Positions 54,886 to 64,000 of a stretch of 64,000 bases of DNA are shown piece by piece. The position numbers and the translations under genes are program-made. The stretch is taken from assembly GCA_951406725.2 (NCBI GenBank), contig OX597824.1, positions 37,882,001 to 37,946,000 on the forward strand. The letters run 5' to 3'. The notes beneath the pieces were generated by a model. It was not told the DNA's origin, ran no database searches, and saw nothing but the letters and a program-made list of their open reading frames with translations. Positions within the stretch are counted from its first letter, which is position 1; every line of letters starts with the position of its first letter. The stretch is from Octopus vulgaris. Lineage: Eukaryota.

Positions 54886-57188
54886 TATGTATCATACATT
54901 TTAGTTGCATAAAGAAGTGCTGATCACTTAAAGTGAAGGGAAGTTGTGGAAGAAGGAGACTCAGGAAGACATGGGATGAAGTATTGAAGGTCAATCTCAA
55001 AACACTGAGCTTTACAAAGTAGATGTCAAAAGATTGAGACATGTGGCGCATTGCTACACTCAAGAAGACCTGCCCATCACAACAGATTTGAGATCCTACA
55101 ACCAAGGTGCCATGTAAAAAGCATTGCTGTGGGTGCTGGTGCCATGTAGAAATCACTGGTGTTGGTGTCACATAAAAAGCGCCCGGTACACTTTGTGAAG
55201 TGGTTGGTATTAGGAAGGGCATCCAACTGCAGAAACCGAGCCAAGACTGACTATGAAACCTGGTGTGGCTACTGGCTTTGCCTGTTCCTGTCAAGTTGTC
55301 CAACCCAAGCCAGCATAGAAAATGGATATTAAATGTTGATGATGATGTACTTGTATATGTTGCTCATATATAAGCATGCCACAGGCCACTCCAAGTTATT
55401 CTCATGGCTCAATTTTGTTTGACTTATGCAAATTCCCAAGGCTATGAATGTATCCTATTCTTTTTATATGTATGACTAAGTGCTTTGGCCTTTCATGATA
55501 AAGTAGGTCATATGTGCATGTGTGGTGGGTGTTTGCTTCCTTGTCTTAATATATAAACTGAGCTTCACTGTCATACATGCAATGTTTATCATTTTCAAGC
55601 TTCTGTGAAAACATGTTTGACTACAGGGAAATATTACCTTGCTTGGAAACTGATGAGAGTTGGCAACAGGAAGGGTATCCAACCTTACAAAATCTGCCAA
55701 AAAACAAATTTTGTCAGAACGATGCAAGCACAAGAAAGTGGATGGTAAAATGATAATGATGATGATGACCACTAGCATAGCTAGTGGGGGCAGCGGTAGG
55801 GGCAGTTTGCCCTAAGTGACACTTATAAAGAGTTGTATTTTGTGGGGTCCAGGGGTAGCAAATGGAAGGGGCCCCCCCGGGTGGCACACACTCTAGCTAT
55901 GATAGTGACGATGACTCAGGGTTCTTATCAGCCATCATCAAAAAGTACTGCTTAGTGTCCATTGACTATTTAATTGAATATATATATATGGAAAAAAGAG
56001 TCAAGGTAGAAAATGCTAAAATATGTATCATACATTTTAGTTGCATAAAGAAGTGCTGATCACTTAAAGTGAAGGGAAGTTGTGGAAGAAGGAGACTCAG
56101 GAAGACATGGGATGAAGTATTGAAGGTCAATCTCAAAACACTGAGCTTTACAAAGTAGATGTCAAAAGATTGAGACATGTGGTGCATTGCTACACTCAAG
56201 AAGACCTGCCCACCACAACAGATTTGAGATCCTACAACCAAGGTGCCATGTAAAAAGCATTGCTGTGGGTGCTGGTGCCATGTAGAAATCACTGGTGTTG
56301 GTGTCACATAAAAAGCGCCCGGTACACTTTGTGAAGTGGTTGGTATTAGGAAGGGCATCCAACTGCAGAAACCGAGCCAAGATTGACTATGAAACCTGGT
56401 GTGGCCACTGGCTTTGCCTGTTCCTGTCAAGTTGTCCAACCCAAGCCAGCATGGAAAATGGATATCAAATGTTGATGATGATGTACTTATATACATTGCT
56501 CATATATAAGCATGCCACAGGCCACTCCAAGTTATTCTCATGGCTCAATTTTGTTTGACTTATGCAAATTCCCAAGGCTATGAATGTATCCTATTCTTTT
56601 TATATGTATGACTAAGTGCTTTGGCCTTTCATGATAAAGTAGGTCATATATACATGTGTGGTGGGTGTTTGCTTCCTTGTCTTAATATAAAAACTGAGCT
56701 TCACTGTCATACATGCAATGTTTATCATTTTCAAGCTTCTGTGAAAACATTTTTGACTACAGGGAAATATTACCTTGCTTGGAAACTGATGAGAGTTGGC
56801 AACAGGAAGGGTATCCAACCTTACAAAATCTGCCAAAAAACAAATTTTGTCAGAACGATGCAAGCACAAGAAAGTGGATGGTAAAATGATAATGATGATG
56901 ATGACCACAAGCGTAGCTGGTAGGGGCGGCAGTAGGGGCAGTTTGCCCTAAGTGACACTTTTAAAGAGTTACCACTTTTGGGTCTGCTGTAAGCAATATG
57001 TGTATTTTGTGGGGTCCAGGGGCAGCAAATGGAAGGGGCCCCCCCGGGTGGCACACACTCTAGCTATGCTAGTGACGATGACTCCGGGTTCTTATCATCC
57101 ATCATCAAAAAGTACTGCTTAGTGTCCATTGACTATTTAATTGAATATATATATATGGAAAAAAGAGTCAAGGTAGAAAATGCTAAAA
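54886..57188 (+). repeat. Recent tandem duplication of about 1.14-1.17 kb (54886-56021 and 56022-57188)
   Basis: Both units start TATGTATCATACATTTTAGTTGC and end GTCAAGGTAGAAAATGCTAAAA; scattered SNPs and a ~26-bp indel. Confidence 0.95.
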
Positions 57189-57331
57189 TAATTTTATAAA
57201 AAACATTTCATAAAAAATATTATAAAATTATTTTAGCATTTTCTACCTTGACTCTTTTTTTCCATATATATCAACTCATGTGTTCCTTTTCAACCCTCTA
57301 CATATATATGTGTGTATATACACACACTCAT

Positions 57332-57366
<35 letters not shown>

Positions 57367-57367
<1 letters not shown>

Positions 57368-57620
57368 GTTGGGTTGATGCATAGTTATTGTGGCTTTTTT
57401 TCAACAAATTTTATTCAACAATAACAATTATGATATTTAACAAAAACATCTTTAAATGACAATCTGATTGTCTGCCAAGTAAATGGGAAGCAGTAATTGA
57501 AGTAGATGGTGAATATGCTCCAGAATAATCATTTAAAGATGTTTTTGTTACATGTTTTTATTGCTTTTGTTGAATAAAATTTGTTGAAAAAAAAGCCATA
57601 ATAATTATGCACCAACACAA
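57367..57620. mobile_element. mariner-derived MITE with long TIRs
   Basis: GGGTTGATGCATAGTTATTG...AAAAACATCTTTAAATGA is mirrored by TCATTTAAAGATGTTTTT...ATAATTATGCACCAAC; TA flanks. Confidence 0.75.
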
Positions 57621-59211
57621 TATATTTGAAAAAATGAGTAGAGATGGTTTTTTTTGAGATAATTTCTATTTTCATCCCCAAAAAGCCATCTCTACTCATT
57701 CTTTCAAATATATAATACTGTACCAAGAACTTTCTTATTATTATTCTACTATGTGTGTGTTTAACCAATAACAGGCATTTTTATATAACCACACAAATCA
57801 AACACATGGATTTAATGAAACTGACCTGATTAAAATACATATAAAAAATGTTGATTTAATTTGGAGATGAGGTAAATATCAAGTTGCATCTTAGGCAACC
57901 CCACTAGTATCAATGGCATGAAAAAGGGCTTTCATCCTTTTAGGGTTGATAAATTAAGTACCAGTGAGATTCTGGGGTCGATGTAATTGATTAGTCCCCT
58001 CTCCCAAAATTACAGGCTTTGTGCCTATAGTAGAAAGGATTATGTTGATATCATCATTGTTTAATGTTTGATTTCCATGTTGGTATGGATTGGACGGTTT
58101 GACAAGAGCTGTCCAGACACCACTTGTCCGTTTTGGCATGGTTTCTTCAGCTGCATGCCCTTCCTAATGCCAACCACTTTACAAAATGTGCTGGGTGTTT
58201 TTTACATGCCACTGATACAGGTGTGTTCATGTCACACCAGCACAAATGCATTTTATGTGTCACTGGCACCTGCAAGGCAAAGACCTTTTGGCTGAGAGAG
58301 AGAGTGGGGGGGGGAGTATGGCCATAAAGGACATAACTGTATGTATGGATGACTGTGATTGTACTTAGCCTGACATGTCTTCTCAAGTATAGCAAATCAC
58401 CTCAAGTCCCGGTCCCTTGTCATCTCCTCGGTGAGGCCCAGCTTTTTGTCCCACGTCTTTCTGGGTCTACACCTTCCACAGGTTCCATCCACAATTACAG
58501 ATCAGCACTTCTTTAATTAACTGTCCTCATCCATACACATCACTTGACTATACAGCACAGTCTTCTTTCTTGCACACAACACCTGATGCCTCTTATACCC
58601 AGTTTTCCTCTTAACCCATTTGATACCAACCTGGCTGAATCCGGCTCTGGCTTTGTAGTACAAATATCTTGTTTTCACAAGTTTTGAATTAAATCTTCCA
58701 CCAAACCTTAGTCACAATTTATGTTCCTAACACTAGCTTAATGATAACTAAGTTATTTTACTAAATTCTTTGGTATATTTAAAATTAATTGAAAGAAATA
58801 CAGAGCATCTCAACAGAAATATGGTAACAGATTGACATTACCCATCCAGAGCATGTTGGCTTCATTTCTTTGAAGCCTTTGCAAGTATTCATAGCTCATG
58901 TTTCACTGCTTTTGTGTAAACTAAATAAAATATTTCAAATTATTTGTTTAAAATTTACTAGTTATGATGAGAGTTGTTACAAATACATATGAATATGAGT
59001 GTAAATACGAATGCATGTAGCAAATATGTATACAAGTGTAACTTGTTGGAATCAGTGGTCAATATTTGTGCCAAGGTTTAAATGGGTAGAAAATCCATCT
59101 TAGAGAGGATGATTAGCACACAAAAGATCAATAAAACATACATTGATTCTCATTCATGCTCTAACTCTCATTCTACCCATCCACCCCCACGCTCTCTCTC
59201 CCTCTGCCCCT

Positions 59212-59247
<36 letters not shown>

Positions 59248-59538
59248 GACATGTACACATGATCAATCAATGTGCAGAGTTGTAAATGGGACATTTCTGG
59301 CACAGCATCTTCCAGCTTCTGTAGTTAATCATAAAAAATAATTAGAAACCTACCACACATATTTCAAGAGTTGTTTATACAAAAACTTGTTCAGCTGTCA
59401 TCCAATTAAATAGGTGATGGACATTAAGCAATTGTAAACAAAAAATGACCAAAAGAAAAGGAGTTAAACCGAGGTCATCCCAAAATAAAATATTTCACAG
59501 GTTTATAAATATACACCCAATAACAAGACTATATATAC

Positions 59539-59591
<53 letters not shown>

Positions 59592-59791
59592 TGTGTGGTT
59601 AGGGAGCTTGCTTCCTAACTATATGGTTTCGGGTTCAGTCCCACTGCGTGGCACTTTGGGTAGGTGTCTTCCACTATAGCCCCGAGCCGACCGAAGCTTT
59701 GTGATTGAATTCGGCAGGCGGAAGTTACTGCCGTGTGTGTATATGTTCGTGTAGGTGCTTGTGCCTCTCCGAAAGAGAGAGAGGGATATAA

Positions 59792-59853
<62 letters not shown>

Positions 59854-59974
59854 TATATTAAATTTGAGACAAAACCACTATTAGGCAAATCAAACAATGA
59901 AAGACTTAAGCCAATACATATGATTAATTTATATTATTTAAATATGTAACAATTATTAAAAATATAATTAATAT

Positions 59975-60037
59975 CCACTACGATCGTTTCCTGCCTGCTG
60001 TCTTTAAATTTTTGTATCGCAGTCATTCATCAGGTGG
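59975..60037 (-). ncRNA. Type I hammerhead ribozyme, left-arm copy
   Basis: Reverse complement: CCAC CTGATGA ATGACTGC...GCAGGCAG GAAA CGATCG TA GTGG. Confidence 0.75.
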
Positions 60038-60089
60038 TTTCAAAATTTTTGTTGGCGAGTTTTAAAACTCGCCAAGAAAAATTTTGAAA

Positions 60090-60151
60090 CCACCTGATGA
60101 ATGACTGCGACACAAAAATTTAAAGACAGCAGGCAGAAACGATCGTAGTGG
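60090..60151 (+). ncRNA. Type I hammerhead ribozyme with canonical core, right-arm copy
   Basis: CCAC (I) CTGATGA A TGACTGC...GCAGGCA (II) GAAA CGATCG (palindromic III) TA (GUA triplet) GTGG (I'). Confidence 0.8.
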
Positions 60152-60367
60152 ATATTAATTATATTTTTAATAATTGTTACATATTTAAATAATATAAATT
60201 AATCATATGTATTGGCTTAAGTCTTTCATTGTTTGATTTGCCTAATAGTGGTTTTGTCTCAAATTTAATTTAATATAATATAATATTTTACTATAAAATT
60301 GGATTCAATCCTAAATCTGATTTATCCCTGTAAGTTTGGATTTATTCCCTAATATTTATTATATATG

Positions 60368-60438
<71 letters not shown>

Positions 60439-60848
60439 CCGGTAAAACATAGATCCAGAAGAGAAGCACACTAAGTTATAGAGCAGTATATAATATAAAT
60501 AATGTTAGAAAAGGTCAGTTTAGGTAATCCCTTAAGCTGGCCTTATCTAACATTATTTCATCATCATCATCATTTAACGTCTGTTATCCATGCGGGCATG
60601 GTTTGGATGGTTTGACCAGGACTGGTAAGCTGGAAGGCTGCACCAGACTCCAGTCTGATTTACCATGGTTTTCTACAGCTGGATGCCCTTCCTAACATCA
60701 ACCACTCTGAGAGTGTAATGGGTGCTTTTATGTACCACTGGTACAGGTACCATTTGCATGACACTCAGTATCTGCCATGACTGTGATTTTGCTTGGCTTG
60801 ATGGGTCCTCTTCTGAAGCATGACATAATGCCAAAGGTCTCAGGCAAT

Positions 60849-61040
60849 GCCTCCATGGGGCCCAATGCTCAAAAGGAACTCAGCCACTTTGCCTCCTCGA
60901 AGTCTAACATTCGAAAGGAACTCATCCACTTTTCCCCCATGAGACCCAATGCTCAAAAGGAACTCAGCCTCTTTGCCTCCGTGAGGCTCAATGCTTAAAA
61001 GGAACTCAGCCACTTTACCTCTGTGAGCCCCAACACTTGA
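60849..61040 (+). repeat. 42-bp minisatellite (about 4.5 units) inside a family-D repeat
   Basis: Unit approximately GCCTCCATGGGGCCCAATGCTCAAAAGGAACTCAGCCACTTT. Confidence 0.85.
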
Positions 61041-64000
61041 AGCGTGCCCTTTATGTGCCATCGGCATAGGTACCAGTAACGTGACACTAGCATCAGCCAC
61101 AACTACAATTTCAGTCGGCTTGACGGGTGTTTATATATATATATTTATATATATATGTGTGTGTGTGTGTGTGCTCAATAATAGGGTATTTTAAATAGTC
61201 ATATGGATTCAATGAAACTGATTAAATCAAGTATTAAAAATATGTTGATTTAATTTGGTGGTGGAGTAAGTACTTAATTGTATCACAGGCAAACCCATTA
61301 ATACCAGTGGCACGAAAAAGGCACCCAGCACACACTGTAAAGTGATTGGCATTAGGAAGGTCATCTAGCTCACTAACCAGTTCCCTGCCAAACCATCCCA
61401 TTTATGCCAGTATGGAAAGCAGATATTAAATGAGACAATGATGCTTCTTGCAAATGTTTCATGGCCCCCAACAGACCAAATAAGAATGATTATGTTACTC
61501 TGATAAATACCAAGAGGGATGCACTGAAAGAGCTATTCCACTTTGCAGTGTTCATTCCTATATATAGATGGTTGTCATGATCTCAGAAAGACTAAATAGA
61601 GAGGTGGTTCAGAGACCCAGCACATCAGATGTTTCCACCAGTAACATAGCTAAAGGAAAGCAAGAGAGTGGTTAGGGTACTTGGATCATGACCTTACATA
61701 CGTGAGTTTGATATTTAGCAGCACAGTTGACTCAGCTAGCTAAAAGGTGTTGTACCAGCAATTCAAAGGTCCAGCCCTGTCACATTCTGTGTCACACTGA
61801 ATCTCCCTGAGAACTACGTTAAGGGTATGTGCTGGCAGAAACGTTAGCACGCTGGGCTAAATGCTCAACGGTATTTCATCTGCCGTTACGTTCTGAGTTC
61901 AAATTCCACCAAGGTCGACTTTACCTTTCATCCTTTCGAGGTTGATAAATAAAGTACCAGTTACGCACTGGGATCGATGTAATCGACCTAATCCCTTTGT
62001 CTGTCCTAGTTTTTCCCCTCTATGTTTAGCCCCTTATGGGCAATAAAGAAATATATATGCATATTTTCTTTATACAGAAGGCAGCAAGCTGGCAGAAACG
62101 TTAGCATGCCGGGCGAAATGCTTTGCAGTATTTCGTCTGCCGTTACGTTCTGAGTTCAAATTCCACCGAGGTCGACTTTACCTTTCATCCTTTCGGAGTC
62201 GATAAATTAAGCACCAGTTACGCACTGGGGTCGATGTAATCAACTTGATCCGTTTGTCTGTCCTTGTTTGTCCTCTCTGTGTTTAGCCCCTTGTGGGTAG
62301 TAAAGAAATAGGTATGCATGTCTTTGGAGTACTCAGCCACTTGCAGATTAATTTCATGAGCAGGCTGTACCATTGAATGAATCAACTGAAACCTTGTCAT
62401 CATAACCAACAGAGTGCCAGGGAAGCAAGAGAACAATTATTCATCCTGAGTACATTTTCAACAGGTTTTAATTTTTCAGTTTCCTTGTTCAGCAAAATTG
62501 AATCTCATAATTTTCTTTTATTGCTTTTTCTGTCACATGACCAAAGTCTTGGATGAATTTTCCTTATTCAATACTTTATTTGACCAACCTCCTAGTGTTG
62601 TGAACACTGCTTAATCGTTAGTGATGTATTGATGGCCACTGACATCTGAGGAACCAAAACAAAGTGTTATATCATAGCCTTCACTCTGATTCTCAATAAT
62701 CCCATGAAAATTCATCTTTGTAGTATCATAAATCACAATCCTAAAAATTATCAGCCTAACACATCATAGTATTATCACTGAAACATGGAATTAATGAATC
62801 TTTTACTTGTTTCAGTCATTTGACTGTGGCCATGCTGGAGCAACGCCTTTAGTCGAGCAAATCAACCCCAGGACTTATTCTTTGTAAGCCTAGTACTTAT
62901 TCTATCAGTCTCTTTCGCTGAACTGCTAAGTTACGGGGACGTAAACACACCAGTATCGTTTGTCAAGCGATGTTAGGGGGGGGGGGGCAAACACAGACAC
63001 ACAAACATATACACACACACACATATATATATATACAACAGGCTTCTTTCAGTTTCCATCTACCAAATCCACTCACAAGGCTTTGGTCGGCCCAAGGCTA
63101 TAGTAGAAGACACTTGCCCATGGTGCCATGCAGTGGGACTGAACCCGGAACCATGTGGTTGGTAAGCAAGCTACTTACCACTCAGCCACTCCTATGCCTA
63201 TAGAATATAATCATGTATTTGTTGTGATTCACTTAGCAGAGATGCAAACCCTGCTCTTATTTCACTTTCCTCAAATTGTTTGTTTATTGAACACATGCTC
63301 ATGGTTTGATCTTGACTTGGCACAATTGTCCAGATTACTAATCAGTTGGCAACTGGGATTTATATCACTCCAAGAGCTTCCATTGTTCCACTGTATTACA
63401 TAAGGACATTAGAAGATACTTTCTGTAGAAAGCAGGTTTATTGCTAGACACCTCCTCTTCTCATCATTCTGGCCATACCTTTCTTCTTCTTCTTTTCTCC
63501 TGTATGTCTTCCTGTCTCTCCCCACCCCTCTCACATTGACCACATGCTGAGATAAGCTTCAACAGAAATTCTGAATTTATAAATGTTTCAACAGAAATTC
63601 TACACTTTCAATCAAGAAATAAACAAGCAAATCTTGCATTTGCCAAGTGAGAGATTGCTCAAAGAGAAAGTACAAACATCCCAACATCCATGATGAACTT
63701 GAACATTCTACAGTATGGTAAAACTACAAACTTTTGCTGCTATTTCTAGCATTCTCATTGCATTTACAAACTTTTGGCTTTCTCCAAAGATTCCTCGTAA
63801 CAGCTTGTAATTAGCCCACTTAAATGTTTTTTATTGTTTATAATCTGTAAGACTATAAGTAAGTCTTGTATTTAATATAATTTTGTCTTGAAGATAATGA
63901 GCTGGGAAAATCATTAGCATGCTAGGCTAAATGCTTTGTAGTATTTTGTCCATCTTTCCATTCTTAATTTGAATGCCTCTGAGGTCAACTTTGCCCTTTA

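Larger units (their letters stand above)
59857..60269. repeat. ~413-bp spacer-less palindrome (arms about 206 bp, about 3 differences)
   Basis: Centre GGCGAGTTTT|AAAACTCGCC at 60063/60064; the arms mirror out to ATTAAATTTGAGAC / GTCTCAAATTTAAT; embedded in (TA)n. Confidence 0.95.

Noticed and set aside
60849-61040. CRISPR-like regular repeat
   Set aside because: Contiguous 42-bp degenerate tandem units with no unique spacers, inside a retroposon in eukaryotic DNA, and no cas genes.
63334-63434. Possible plus-strand exon (cag|ATTACTAATCAG...AAGCAG|gtttat)
   Set aside because: Short open frame with weak splice sites and no recognisable protein similarity.

Overview
AT-rich, microsatellite-dense eukaryotic DNA. 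The SINE families and repeat landscape point to an octopus (coleoid cephalopod) genome; this is an inference. One host gene is supported: a four-exon COA8/APOPT1 (cytochrome c oxidase assembly factor 8) on the minus strand (CDS 49117-49028, 38778-38566, 36335-36184, 34186-34096; about 181 aa), which the ORF track largely misses. The rest is transposon debris: a Penelope-like element (RT + GIY-YIG), rosa (DD41D), maT (DD37D), mariner and Tigger/pogo fossils, RTE, CR1/L2-like and RLE-type LINE fossils, Helitrons, several MITEs and dozens of tRNA-derived SINEs. Most six-frame ORFs are microsatellite artefacts. The most interesting signal is a population of about a dozen type-I hammerhead-ribozyme-like motifs from several apparently unrelated short non-coding element families. 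Many sit in fold-back palindromes and (TA)n tracts, the 3:8 core pair varies compensatorily (C-G, G-C, U-A), and one motif is fused to a tRNA-headed SINE. This suggests an ecosystem of Penelope-mobilised, ribozyme-bearing non-autonomous elements. All folds were read by eye and none has been tested.
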